Made by a program: the position numbers and the translations under genes. Below are positions 44,075 to 54,208 of a DNA stretch of 64,000 bases, in pieces (within the stretch, counting starts at the first letter, position 1; every line of letters begins with the position of its first letter). The notes under the pieces are model-generated. The model was not told where the DNA came from. It ran no database searches and saw nothing but the letters and a program-made list of their open reading frames with translations. Origin of the DNA: Anaerolineae bacterium (GTDB lineage: Bacteria > Chloroflexota > Anaerolineae > Anaerolineales > UBA4823); contig QOQU01000001.1 of the NCBI GenBank assembly GCA_003327455.1, forward strand, positions 258,337-322,336, given 5' to 3'.

Positions 44075-45087
44075 ATTTTTCGCACTGCCTGGCGCAGAGA
44101 CTCGAGGCGGGCGCGCGGTAAGCGCGGCTCACAATCCAGGGCGTAAAATGGGCCTATGCCCTCCGATGCAATCGAGGCGGCGATATTGCCATACAGGGCT
44201 GCTTCGAGAGGATCATAGGTTTCGCAAAAACCGGCCAAAAAACCGCCGCAGAAAACATCCCCCACCCCGTGCAGGCTGATCGTGCGCGCCGGGTATGGCG
44301 GAATAAACCAGCGGTTTTGGCTGCGCGCGTCATACAGCCACTGGCTCTGATCACTTTTGCGCACAACCACGATCTCCACAAACTCCCCCAGAGCTTCCAT
44401 CATCTCCCAGATATCTCGGGTCCGTTCTTTGAAAAGATTCCGCAAATCGTCTTCGGTGGGCATAAAAGCGGTAAGTCCGCGCAGGATTTGAGGCAGGTCA
44501 GTCCAAAAGGTCGGCAGCATGTAACCAGGCGAAGGGGCAAGGGTGATCTTGGTGACCAGTCCCTGGCGCAGCAACGAGGGCAGTAAGTTATGGGTGAGAT
44601 AGTCAACCGGTGCAAGATGGGCGGCTGTGGCATCCAGGTAGAGTTTCGGCAGATCGGTCGAGCGCAAAGAAATTGGCTGGCTCTGGGTGCGGCTATCCGG
44701 ATAGGGCGGCGGTGGCTGGTAACCGATCAGCGCTTTGGGAAAGGGGAGATGATGACGGGCGTAGTGCAGGACGACCTCTTCGCGGCTGAAGGTTTGCAGA
44801 TCCTGATAGGCGTAAAAAGCGCGCCCATCAAGAGGCCGTTTTTCGACCCGGATACCCTGGATATCGATACCCTTTTGCTCGAGTTCTTCCAGCCATTGGG
44901 AGGGATAATCCTCGCCTACTCTGGCGACGATGCCGGCGACCTGATCGGGTTGCCAGAGGCGCCAACCGATCGCCGCATACAGTGCATTCCCACCGATCAG
45001 ATCCTCGAACGAACGCCCATCCGGCAGGAGGATGAAATCGCGTTGTAATAGGCCAATGAAAACTGCCCGAGGAGGAGAAGCAATCAT
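44071..45087 (-). CDS. PfkB-family carbohydrate/nucleoside kinase
   Basis: GGNALYAAIG N-terminal motif and GVGDVFCGGFLAG C-terminal motif. The stop overlaps the next start. Confidence 0.75.
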   Translation of the reverse strand: MIASPPRAVFIGLLQRDFILLPDGRSFEDLIGGNALYAAIGWRLWQPDQVAGIVARVGEDYPSQWLEELEQKGIDIQGIRVEKRPLDGRAFYAYQDLQTFSREEVVLHYARHHLPFPKALIGYQPPPPYPDSRTQSQPISLRSTDLPKLYLDATAAHLAPVDYLTHNLLPSLLRQGLVTKITLAPSPGYMLPTFWTDLPQILRGLTAFMPTEDDLRNLFKERTRDIWEMMEALGEFVEIVVVRKSDQSQWLYDARSQNRWFIPPYPARTISLHGVGDVFCGGFLAGFCETYDPLEAALYGNIAASIASEGIGPFYALDCEPRLPRARLESLRQAVRKI

Positions 45088-45352
45088 GAGGTAAGTGAGG
45101 GAAAGGTGGTACGCATGGAAGGATGCCAGTTTTTCTTAATAATTGCTGTTATTTGAATTATAGCAAACTTGAGTCCAATGCAAGCGCAAACCACGGAGTA
45201 TAATTAGCGAAGAAATACCTGCTCAGGAGGGTGGGGTTAGTAGCTGTGTTGACCTGATTGCCGTCTTGAGCGATTAAAGGACATCCTCACCGAAAGTTCT
45301 CTTCACTTATAAAACCCTGTCACTGCTGAGCAAATTACGAAAAGGAGTGTAT

Positions 45353-46729
45353 ATGTCTGGAAATCGCAATGCAGCCCTTGCTTATGCCCAAAACAATCAA
45401 GCCCGCTTCCTGGAAGAATTAAAGACATTGATCAAGATCCCTTCCGTATCCACCGAGGCGCAGTATGAGGCGCAGATCAAAACCGCGGCTGGCTGGGTAG
45501 CAGATCATCTGCGGGATTTAGGGATACATCAGGTGGCCATTTGCCCTACCGAGCGCCATCCGGTCGTTTGGGGTGAATACCGCTGCCCGGACCCTCACGC
45601 ACCAACCCTGCTCGTCTATGGGCATTATGATGTTCAGCCGCCGGATCCACTGGAACTCTGGCAAAGCCCGCCTTTCGAACCCACTGTGAGCGGCGATTAT
45701 TTATATGGTCGTGGTGCATCTGACATGAAAGGACAGTTGCTGGCGGGCTTAAAGGCGATCGAATCCGTGCTCAGAACAGACCAGCTCCGTGTCAATCTGC
45801 GCTTTCTGATAGAAGGCGAAGAGGAGATCGGATCACCCAGCCTGGAGAAATTCATCTCCGAAAACAAGGACCGTTTGCAGGCAGATGTGGCGCTCAACCT
45901 CGATTCGGGTATCCTTGCTCCGGATTTCCCGACCATTACCATTTCCCTGAGGGGCTTGGCTTATTTTGAATTGCGGGTTTATGGTGCAGCCAGCGACTTA
46001 CACTCGGGTATTTTTGGCGGTGTCGTGCACAACCCGGCTCAGGTGCTGTGTGAACTGATTGCCGGGATGCATGATGGGCAAGGGCGGGTGACCCTGCCGG
46101 GCTTTTACGAGCGGGTGCGCCCGCTCAGCGAGGCAGAGCGGGCAGAGATGGCTCGCCTGCCTTTGGATGAGGCGTATTACTTAAAGCTAACCGGGGCACC
46201 GGCTCTGTACGGTGAAGAAGGATACACGCCTGCCGAACGCGTTGGGGCACGCCCAACTCTGGAAGTGAATGGACTGTATTCCGGCTATATCGGTGAAGGC
46301 TCAAAAACCGTTTTGCCAGCTTATGCCATGGCGAAAATTTCCTGCCGCCTGGTTCCCGATCAAGACCCTGCTGAGGTCTATCAGCAGCTTTTAGCCTACC
46401 TGCAAACGCATGCCCCGCGCACGGTGCGCTGGGAAGTGATTCAACACGCCGGTTCCCCGGCCGGTATGATCGAGCCCAACCGCCCGGACGTCACTGCTCT
46501 GAGCCGGGCGATGGAGCAGGTTTGGGGGAAAAAGCCAGCCTTCAAGCGCGAAGGTGGCAGCATCCCAATTGTCGCTCAGTTACAACAAATCCTGGGCATG
46601 CCGACCATCTTAAGTGGCTTCGGTTTGCCGGATGACAACCTTCACGCCCCCAACGAACGTTTACACCTGCCTACCTGGCAGCGAGGCATAGAAACCCTGA
46701 TCCATTTCTTCTACAACCTGGCCGGTTAG
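45353..46729 (+). CDS. M20-family dipeptidase
   Basis: YGHYDVQP, YGRGASDMKGQ, IEGEEEIGS motifs; ATG after AAAGGAG. Confidence 0.8.
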   Translation: MSGNRNAALAYAQNNQARFLEELKTLIKIPSVSTEAQYEAQIKTAAGWVADHLRDLGIHQVAICPTERHPVVWGEYRCPDPHAPTLLVYGHYDVQPPDPLELWQSPPFEPTVSGDYLYGRGASDMKGQLLAGLKAIESVLRTDQLRVNLRFLIEGEEEIGSPSLEKFISENKDRLQADVALNLDSGILAPDFPTITISLRGLAYFELRVYGAASDLHSGIFGGVVHNPAQVLCELIAGMHDGQGRVTLPGFYERVRPLSEAERAEMARLPLDEAYYLKLTGAPALYGEEGYTPAERVGARPTLEVNGLYSGYIGEGSKTVLPAYAMAKISCRLVPDQDPAEVYQQLLAYLQTHAPRTVRWEVIQHAGSPAGMIEPNRPDVTALSRAMEQVWGKKPAFKREGGSIPIVAQLQQILGMPTILSGFGLPDDNLHAPNERLHLPTWQRGIETLIHFFYNLAG

Positions 46730-46830
46730 CTCCCTCTCTAAGCCTTTGCTTTGGTGGCTTGATTCTACGCTTTATAGCCAGCCGATGTTCTGGTACAATC
46801 AAGCAGAGTTTTATCGGTAGAGGTTAACCT

Positions 46831-47715
46831 ATGGAAAAATCGAAAATGCCCACCTACGGTGGTCAGGCAGTGATTGAAGGGGTGATGATGCGCGGGCGCA
46901 ACGCAGTTGCCATCGCCCTGCGGGCGCCTGATCAGCAAATCATCATCCACACCGAGCCCCTCAGCCCGATCTACCGCAGTCAATGGATGAAAATCCCCTT
47001 TTTGCGTGGCGTGGTCTCCCTATGGGATGCCCTGAGCCTGGGAATGCGGGCGCTCACCCTTTCAGCCAACACCCAGAGCGGCGAAGATGAGAAGCTCGAG
47101 GGCGCCTCACTTTATTTGACGCTGGGCATTTCGCTGGCAATTGCAATTGGTTTATTTTTCCTTACGCCGGCTCTTATCGGCCAGTTAGGCGAGCACTTCC
47201 TGAAGATGAGTGCCTGGCAGAGCAACCTGCTCGAAGGGTTGCTGCGCCTTGCCTTACTGGTGGGTTATATTGTCGCGGTTGGCAAAATCCCCGACATTGC
47301 ACGGGTCTTTGCCTATCACGGAGCGGAACATAAAACGATCAATGCCTTTGAAGCCGGTGCCGAACTGACCCCCCAGGAAGTAGCCCGCTTTCCGCTGGAG
47401 CACCCTCGCTGCGGCACTTCTTTCCTGCTCACCCTGGTGGTCCTCTCGGTCTTGATCTTTTCTCTGCTTGGACCGTTAGATTTGCCTGTCCGTTTGCTTA
47501 CCCGCATTTTGTTGATTCCTGTGCTGGCGGGGGTAGCTTATGAGTACATCCGTTGGACAGCCAATCACCTCGATCGCTTTTGGGTGCGCTGGATGATTGC
47601 CCCCAACCTGGCATTGCAGCGCCTGACAACTCGCGAGCCAAGCCTCGATATGCTCGAGGTGGCGATTGCAGCCTTCTGCACCATGCGCGCAAAGGAAACA
47701 GAGGTCGTCGTGTAG
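46831..47715 (+). CDS. DUF1385-family membrane protein
   Basis: YGGQAVIEGVMMRG N-terminus and YHGAEHKTI motif. Confidence 0.8.
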   Translation: MEKSKMPTYGGQAVIEGVMMRGRNAVAIALRAPDQQIIIHTEPLSPIYRSQWMKIPFLRGVVSLWDALSLGMRALTLSANTQSGEDEKLEGASLYLTLGISLAIAIGLFFLTPALIGQLGEHFLKMSAWQSNLLEGLLRLALLVGYIVAVGKIPDIARVFAYHGAEHKTINAFEAGAELTPQEVARFPLEHPRCGTSFLLTLVVLSVLIFSLLGPLDLPVRLLTRILLIPVLAGVAYEYIRWTANHLDRFWVRWMIAPNLALQRLTTREPSLDMLEVAIAAFCTMRAKETEVVV

Positions 47716-47739
47716 TTCAACCCTGCCGGTTAAAAGCGC

Positions 47740-48159
47740 TCACTCGCCGATCATTTGCACCACTAACTCGCGGCGGCGGGCATGGACGTCAAAATCAATG
47801 AAAATAATTTGCTGCCACGTGCCAAGGGTCAGACGTTGATTGACAAAAGGTACCGTTAGAGAAGGACCCAATAAAGCTGCCCGAACGTGGCTATGACCGT
47901 TGCCATCCCCCCAACGGTTGTTGTGGGCATACGGCTGGCGTGGATCGACAATCTGATCAAACAGACGGCGTAGATCGCTCAGACAGCCGCTCTCAAACTC
48001 AATGGTGGTCACCGCGCTGGTCGAGGAGGGGCAAAAGATGGTGGCGATCCCATTCGACAGTCCGCTTTGCAAGACGAGATTTTGCACCGCTTCGGTTAAA
48101 TCGTGAATATCGGCATTGCCGCGCGTGCTGAGATTCAGAGCCATCGTTTTGACCGTCAT
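47740..48159 (-). CDS. yjbQ: YjbQ/UPF0047 family protein (secondary thiamine-phosphate synthase) (start moved to MTVKTMA)
   Basis: NGHSHVRAALLGPSLTVPF..LTLGTWQQIIFIDFD signature. Confidence 0.85.
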   Translation of the reverse strand: MTVKTMALNLSTRGNADIHDLTEAVQNLVLQSGLSNGIATIFCPSSTSAVTTIEFESGCLSDLRRLFDQIVDPRQPYAHNNRWGDGNGHSHVRAALLGPSLTVPFVNQRLTLGTWQQIIFIDFDVHARRRELVVQMIGE

Positions 48160-48202
48160 GGCAGCCTCCTTTTTGGTTTGATTATAATCTACCGTTTGCC
48201 AA

Positions 48203-49435
48203 TCAAGTTTGCTTCCGGCGCTGCGACAGACGCCGCTGCAAGAATTTAATGGCTTTCTTTGACCCTTTGACAAAAGGATGCATGGCGCGGGATGGCGGAG
48301 GTCGCTGAACGTTTGGCCAGGGTTCCAGGTCGAGCATCTTGCGCACCACATAGCTGCCGATCAGCTTCAGGGTAGCCACCACGGGAGCAGCTAAAATCAG
48401 GCCAATCAAACCGATCAGGTTGGCAAAGATAATTGCCGCCACCAACACAGCGGCCGGATGCACGCCCAACGTTTCCCCCATGAAGCGCGGTGAGACAATG
48501 TTATCGAAAACCTGGTCAGTGAGAAAAGCCAGGATCAAAACCAGAATGGAATACTGCAAGGGTTGCAAGCCAAAGTAGTTACCGGATTGGAAATAGGTGA
48601 CCAAAAAGGTAGTGATCCAAAGCGCCCAGGGGCCAATGTAAGGCACCAACCGCCCCACGCCTGCCAGAACAGCAATGCCGATGGCATAGCGCACCCCCAG
48701 AATTGTAAGTAAAACGAAGTAGGCTAAAATGGCAAACGAGATCACAATCAATTGACCGCGGAAAAAATCATTCCAGATGCGGCGCATCTCTGCCCCAAAG
48801 CGCTCTAAATCGGCCTGATAGCCCGGAATCTCGATATGCACGAATTCATGCCGCACCCGCTTGCCGGCATCCGCAAGCAAGAAATAAGACACGATTAAGA
48901 CGAACAACCCCCATAAGAAGGTCGTCGCTGCCGAAGCGGCAATGCTGCTGATCAGGCTGCCGGCCCGTCCGAGGAGAGGTTGCACGATCGACAACGCCTG
49001 ATTGGCAAGCGCGGGTAAATCATACTGGGCAAGACTGAATTGGAAGGGTCCGAAGACAAAGCTTTGTTGTGAAAGTTGTTCCAGAAACTGCGGAAAGTCC
49101 TTCAGGCTGTTTTGGAGAAAACTGAAGAGACTCTGGAGTTGTTGAACCACGGCTAAGCCGGATAAAGTAACCAGACCCACCACGAGCAGAAATAAGAAAA
49201 TGTAAATGAGGGCAACCGCCGTTTGCCAGGGCATCTTAGTGGCTTTGGTCAGCCAACTGGCAACCGGGTAGAGCAGGTAAGACAGCATAAACGCCAGGAT
49301 CAATGGCCCGACCAGGTGTCGGAACTGGATGACCAGCAAAGCCAGGATCGCTGCGAAAGATAACCCGACAATTAGCTTGGTCGTTGAGCCCCATTTTGGT
49401 GAGCCAGAGGGCTCGGAGTTCGGCAATTCGCTCAT
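48203..49435 (-). CDS. AI-2E family transporter (PerM/UPF0118)
   Basis: 8-TM architecture; LVPYIGPW and AVLVAAIIFANLIGLIGLILAAPV motifs. Confidence 0.8.
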   Translation of the reverse strand: MSELPNSEPSGSPKWGSTTKLIVGLSFAAILALLVIQFRHLVGPLILAFMLSYLLYPVASWLTKATKMPWQTAVALIYIFLFLLVVGLVTLSGLAVVQQLQSLFSFLQNSLKDFPQFLEQLSQQSFVFGPFQFSLAQYDLPALANQALSIVQPLLGRAGSLISSIAASAATTFLWGLFVLIVSYFLLADAGKRVRHEFVHIEIPGYQADLERFGAEMRRIWNDFFRGQLIVISFAILAYFVLLTILGVRYAIGIAVLAGVGRLVPYIGPWALWITTFLVTYFQSGNYFGLQPLQYSILVLILAFLTDQVFDNIVSPRFMGETLGVHPAAVLVAAIIFANLIGLIGLILAAPVVATLKLIGSYVVRKMLDLEPWPNVQRPPPSRAMHPFVKGSKKAIKFLQRRLSQRRKQT

Positions 49436-50619
49436 GGCAACTCTCCTCTTTTAGATGAGTCAGATGATTGAGGTTGCTCTTTCCCCGTTTGCCACCAGCG
49501 CGGGTTGGGCGGCGGCAAAGGGGAGCTGCTGGCTATTGGGAAGGGGTCTAAATCAAACAGGTTGGCGTAAATATAGCGTCCCAGCACCCGTAGACTGGCA
49601 ATGGTGGGAGCCGCCAGAAAGATACCCAACACTCCCGCCAACAATGCACCGCTCACAATTCCCAAAATGACCACGACCGGCGGCAGGTGCACGCTACGCC
49701 CAATGATACGGGGAATGAGGTAATTCAGATCAAACTGCTCGAAGATCAGATGCAAACCAATCACCAAAAGCATAAAGATCCAGTTTGGCAGCGGCAACCA
49801 GGTCGAGCCGACAAAGAAGGCTAACAGAGAAGCCACAAACAACCAGATGCCATGGCCCAGGCTGGGCAAAAATTCCATCAAGCCGGCGAAAATTGCCATC
49901 GCCAGAGGAAACGGCAACCCTAACCCAAAGCTGACAACGGCAAAGATCAGAGCAACCACGCCTGCCAGTGCCAACTGCCCACGAAAAAAAGCTCCCCAGA
50001 TGGTGTTGATTTCTTCTTTCAGGAACTGAAAGTCTGATCGATAGATGGGCGGCACCAGGCTTTCCAACCAACAAGCAAATTTCTGGCTGTCTTTGATGAG
50101 GTAAAACGCCACCACAGCAATAAAGATCACCCATACAAACGAAGACAGGATTCCTGCCAGGAAGTTGACGGTATTTGCCATGACCTGTTCAACCAGGGCT
50201 TGCAATGCCTGGCGGAGTGGTTCAATCAGGGTTTCTGGTCTGATCTGCCAGCCACCGATAACCAGGCGGCGGCTGAGAACAGTTTCTATGTTGAGCGCCA
50301 TTCGTTGGATGTCCCCTCCTAATCCACTCAATTGTTCGATAAAAGGAGGGATAATCAGCCAACCCAGCACAGCCAGAGCTGCCAACACAAGCAGATAAGC
50401 GCTCAAGACGGCAACGCCGCGCGGCAGATGCAAGGCTGCCTGCAGGCGATTAACCAGCGGCGAGAGGATATAAGCCAGAATCACCGCCAGGATGAGTGGC
50501 GGAAGGACAGCGCTAAAGCGAAACAGCAGGTAAACCCCCAATACCAGAACCACCAAACTGACGGTAAACTTGGTTGGGGTAGACCAGCGTGGTCGGGATG
50601 CGATGTTTCTCTCCTCCAT
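49432..50619 (-). CDS. AI-2E family transporter (tandem paralog; stop overlaps the next start)
   Basis: Same family pattern (MEFLPSLGHG; VVVILGIVSGALLAGVLGIFLAAP). Confidence 0.8.
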   Translation of the reverse strand: MEERNIASRPRWSTPTKFTVSLVVLVLGVYLLFRFSAVLPPLILAVILAYILSPLVNRLQAALHLPRGVAVLSAYLLVLAALAVLGWLIIPPFIEQLSGLGGDIQRMALNIETVLSRRLVIGGWQIRPETLIEPLRQALQALVEQVMANTVNFLAGILSSFVWVIFIAVVAFYLIKDSQKFACWLESLVPPIYRSDFQFLKEEINTIWGAFFRGQLALAGVVALIFAVVSFGLGLPFPLAMAIFAGLMEFLPSLGHGIWLFVASLLAFFVGSTWLPLPNWIFMLLVIGLHLIFEQFDLNYLIPRIIGRSVHLPPVVVILGIVSGALLAGVLGIFLAAPTIASLRVLGRYIYANLFDLDPFPIASSSPLPPPNPRWWQTGKEQPQSSDSSKRGELP

Positions 50620-50649
50620 AACGGGAGTCAGGGGAGCGAACAGGCTTCA

Positions 50650-50850
50650 ACCCCCAGCCTCTCTCTCAGCGGGCGAGGGGAATTTGCTCCCTTCTCCCTT
50701 AGGGAGAAGGGCTGGGGATGAGGGATAAGGGCACAGGCGTCCAGGGGCCTGGGCGGGCGATAGAGGAAGCCCTCACTTTCAACCCCTCTCCCATGGGGAG
50801 AGGGGAGATGGATTCCCTCTCCCTTAGGGAGAGGGCCAGGGTGAGGGATA
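50650..50850. repeat. 'GEG' nested-palindrome elements (about 2 units)
   Basis: CCCCTCTCCCatggGGAGAGGGG, CCCTCTCCCttaGGGAGAGGG, GGGTGAGGG modules. Confidence 0.85.
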
Positions 50851-50884
50851 AAGCTCAAGACCTCTCGGATAATATTCGATTCCC

Positions 50885-51115
50885 CTACTTCAGAAAGAAA
50901 GACAAAATGATCATAATGGCGAAAAACGTCCCCGCCAGCGTGCCAATGCGCTTCAGGTCTTTGATCACATCCGAATAATCGGGGTTAAAGGCTTTCTCAC
51001 TGCTGCGGGCACTGACCGACATACTCGGCGAGGTCTGACCGCCGCTCACCGAAGTGATCACTTCGCCTGGGCGAGTAGCAGAACTTCGAGATGAACGTTT
51101 GACTTTCTTACTCAT
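50885..51115 (-). CDS. 76-aa Ser/Arg-rich protein with a C-terminal TM anchor, directly downstream of the sortase gene
   Basis: ORF with C-terminal GTLAGTFFAIMIILSFFLK. Confidence 0.45.
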   Translation of the reverse strand: MSKKVKRSSRSSATRPGEVITSVSGGQTSPSMSVSARSSEKAFNPDYSDVIKDLKRIGTLAGTFFAIMIILSFFLK

Positions 51116-51139
51116 TCTAAACTCCTGTTTAAGATCGCT

Positions 51140-52054
51140 TCAGCCGCCGTTTTGCAAACGCGCCACGACGACGATGCGTTGATTATCCACCATATAAGGA
51201 TAACATGAGATCAGCGTGACAATGGGTTCACTGGTTTGAGCCATCACTTCGACGGCTGTTGGCTCAACGATGCGGGTCGATTCGACCACATAGACAAAAG
51301 CGCGCTGGCTGGTATATAGGATCACCTGGTCACCCTTTTGTAAGCGATCGAGGTCCCGAAAGATCTCGCCGAAAATATCATTGTGCGCGGAGAGGACGAT
51401 ATTTCCCTTTTCACCGGGGTTAGGCGTGCCGAGGCTCTGCCCGACGCCTTTCTTGAGCTGTTCCCAACCATCGCCCTGTACCACCGGCGCATCAACCCGT
51501 ATCGCCGGAATTTGAATGCGGATCGCCTGTTGGGGGCTGGGGGTCGGGAGCGGTAAACTGGCAAGCGATTGCACAATCGGGCGCAAATGCTCGGGAATTT
51601 CAGCATCATTGGGGCGAGCGCCGCCCAGCGAATTGGGCGGAGTGTGTCCGGAAGGCAAGACAACCGCCATCAGCAAGGGGGTCGGGGTTAAAGTGGGTTG
51701 TTCCAGGGCTGCCGCCACTTCCTGATTCAGTTCCCGGATCAGACTTAAACCGTTAAAAACCACAAATAAAAATCCCGCCACGGCGACAATCTCGATCAAC
51801 AGCAGAAAAGCGTCCAGGGCTTTCCGTCGGCGGCGAGTGGGGTTCACCCCATCTTCCTCATCGAGGCTGATCTCCTCCACACTGGAGCGAAGGGGTTGCA
51901 GGGTTAAAGCGCTTTCATCCGGCAGAATCGAAAGCGTCCGCCCTGTGCGCCGGTAGTGCTGCAGGCGCGTTATCCTGGCGGCGCGGCGCTTTTCAACCAG
52001 CAACCAGCGCAGTTCTTCTTCGGTTAGATCCTCGGGATTTTTCTTGCGCACCAC
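51140..52054 (-). CDS. Sortase-family transpeptidase with an N-terminal membrane anchor
   Basis: NIVLSAHND (His) and VTLISCYP (TLxTC-type Cys) motifs. Confidence 0.75.
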   Translation of the reverse strand: MVRKKNPEDLTEEELRWLLVEKRRAARITRLQHYRRTGRTLSILPDESALTLQPLRSSVEEISLDEEDGVNPTRRRRKALDAFLLLIEIVAVAGFLFVVFNGLSLIRELNQEVAAALEQPTLTPTPLLMAVVLPSGHTPPNSLGGARPNDAEIPEHLRPIVQSLASLPLPTPSPQQAIRIQIPAIRVDAPVVQGDGWEQLKKGVGQSLGTPNPGEKGNIVLSAHNDIFGEIFRDLDRLQKGDQVILYTSQRAFVYVVESTRIVEPTAVEVMAQTSEPIVTLISCYPYMVDNQRIVVVARLQNGG

Positions 52055-52092
52055 AGTTGCAGATTATACCAGACAGCAGCATTGCGTTGTTC

Positions 52093-53547
52093 TCATCCTG
52101 CACCTCCACCTCCCTCAAAGATGCCGCCCTCACTCATCCGCCACAGGTCCTTCAGGGCGGCTTCAATTTCTTCTTCGCTCAACGGTTTACCGCTCTCGCG
52201 CTGCAGCAGTTCGCCCTGACGGGCTTTCATCAAGGCTAACTCACGCACCGAGAGATCGTTTGCCATCGCCTCTTTGGCGAGAGTTGCTGCCGCAGCGTAA
52301 CCGATGAGTGGATTCAGGGCAGTGACCAGAATGGCGTTCTTTTCCAGCCAGGTCGCCGCTTTGGCACGGTTGGCTTGAATGCCCCGCACGCATTTTTCCG
52401 TAAAAGCGCCCAGAGAAGTGATGAGCAGGTGCATCATCTCGAACAAACAATGCGCGATGATTGGCATCATCACGTTGAGTTCCAACTGCCCGGCTTGAGC
52501 TGCCAGCGCCACGGTGTGATCCAATCCCTGCACATAGTACATCACCATATTGAGCATTTCTGCCATAACCGGATTGACTTTGCCGGGCATAATACTGGAA
52601 CCCGGTTGCACAGGTGGCAGACGAATCTCGTCCAGTCCGGTCGCCGGTCCCGATGCCAGCAAGCGCAGGTCATTGGCGATGCGCGTTAACGTGATGGCAA
52701 GGGTGCGCAGGGCAGCCGAAAACTCGGCAAAATCAGCCATAGATTGCATCGACTCGAAGAGATTATCGGAAGCGGTCAAACTCCAACCTGTCCGCTGGCT
52801 CAGGCATTCCACCATGCGAAAACGGTAGGTTGGATGGGCGTTCAAGCCGCTGCCTACCGCCGTTCCGCCGATGCCGAGGCGGTAAAGCCCCTGGGCGGCG
52901 CGCCGGATGCGCTCTCCGTCGCGCTCAACGGCGCGGGCATACGCCCCAAATTCCTGCCCCAGGCGAATGGGTACGGCATCCTGAAGGTGGGTGCGACCGG
53001 ATTTCAAGACATCATCGAATTCCTGCGCTTTGTCTTGCAACGCCGTGGCGAGTGATGTGACGGCTTGCAGGAGTTCTGCCAGTCGCCACAGACAACCCAG
53101 ACGGATTGCTGTAGGAATGGTGTCGTTGGTCGACTGCGCCATGTTTACGTGATCGTTGGGGTGAACGAGATATTCTCCCGGTTGTCCACCGAGAAGCTGG
53201 GTAGCGCGGTTAGCGATTACCTCGTTGACGTTCATATTGTGGCTGGTGCCTGCGCCAGCCTGAAAGGGGTCAACCACAAAATGTTCGTCCCACATGCCAT
53301 CCATCACTTCCTGGGCAGCCTGTTGGATGACAAGGGCGCGCCTTTCGTCCAGCAAGCCCAGGGTGTGATTCACCTGTGCGGCGCAGGCTTTGATGATTGC
53401 CATTGACCAGATGAATGCCCGCCAGGGGCGGCGACCGCTGATGGGAAAGTTCAACACTGCCCGTCGGGTTTGAATCCCATACAGGGCTTGAGCCGGCACC
53501 TCTAATTCACCGAGTGAATCGCGCTCCAATCGGACGTTTTCCTCCAT
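52093..53547 (-). CDS. aspA: Aspartate ammonia-lyase (class II fumarase/aspartase family)
   Basis: GSSIMPGKVNPV signature; the N-terminal RDSLGELEVP..YGIQTRRAVLNFPISG resembles aspartases more than fumarases. Confidence 0.8.
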   Translation of the reverse strand: MEENVRLERDSLGELEVPAQALYGIQTRRAVLNFPISGRRPWRAFIWSMAIIKACAAQVNHTLGLLDERRALVIQQAAQEVMDGMWDEHFVVDPFQAGAGTSHNMNVNEVIANRATQLLGGQPGEYLVHPNDHVNMAQSTNDTIPTAIRLGCLWRLAELLQAVTSLATALQDKAQEFDDVLKSGRTHLQDAVPIRLGQEFGAYARAVERDGERIRRAAQGLYRLGIGGTAVGSGLNAHPTYRFRMVECLSQRTGWSLTASDNLFESMQSMADFAEFSAALRTLAITLTRIANDLRLLASGPATGLDEIRLPPVQPGSSIMPGKVNPVMAEMLNMVMYYVQGLDHTVALAAQAGQLELNVMMPIIAHCLFEMMHLLITSLGAFTEKCVRGIQANRAKAATWLEKNAILVTALNPLIGYAAAATLAKEAMANDLSVRELALMKARQGELLQRESGKPLSEEEIEAALKDLWRMSEGGIFEGGGGAG

Positions 53548-53699
53548 GCTTCACCTCGAATCCAGACATATCCGCTAACCATTCAAAGTCAGATGCACCT
53601 TTTTGGGTTATCTGATTTTCTCAAGGGTTGCCCTTTTGTGCAGGGCAAATTTGTTCTCGATTATATCTTAGCCTTTCGTCCAGCCTGGTCGATCGAGTT

Positions 53700-54140
53700 G
53701 TGAGCCAGCAACCCGCGCTTCGCGGTTGAACGTCAAGGAGGGCCGTTCCGGCTAAAAACCGAGCGCGAGACGCCCTTCACTCAGAACTCAGAGGGAAACT
53801 CTGGAGTATCGCCCGGCATACCTGTTCTGTCGTATCGCCAGGCTTGCCTGGTATTGCGTACCGCCAGGCCTGCCTGGTATTGCGTATCGCCAGGCTGTGC
53901 CTGGTCTTCGTCTTAGAGTATTACCGACGAAAGTCAGCGGTACGCTCGAAAGTACCGCCAGGCTTGCCTGGTATGTATCTTGACCGACCGCAGGTCGGTG
54001 ATACTTTGCCCGACTGACCGCCTCCGGGTCAGCAATATGGCCAAAAGTACCGCCAGGCTTGCCTGGTCAACGATTCCGTATATGCCCCAGGCTTGCCTGG
54101 TATGTATCTTGACCGACCGCGGGTCGGCGATACTTCACCC
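53700..54140. repeat. Array of stem-loops dominated by 6 copies of (G)TA(T/C)CGCCAGG-cttg-CCTGGTA and 2 copies of a composite ..CCTGGTATGTATCTTGACCGACC-gc(a/g)-GGTCGG..
   Basis: Read directly at about 53832, 53866, 53883, 53951, 54046 and 54081. Confidence 0.8.
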
Positions 54141-54208
54141 GGCTGTATCCGGTAAGGGTTGGCAAGTGGCGGTGGAGAACGAGGATCCCGCTGTGAGGAA
54201 TGAGCCCT

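Noticed and set aside
48203-50619. Tandem AI-2E transporter paralogs as a possible novel two-component transporter
   Set aside because: Tandem duplication of this family is common, and nothing in the sequence beyond the overlapping stop and start suggests a special system.
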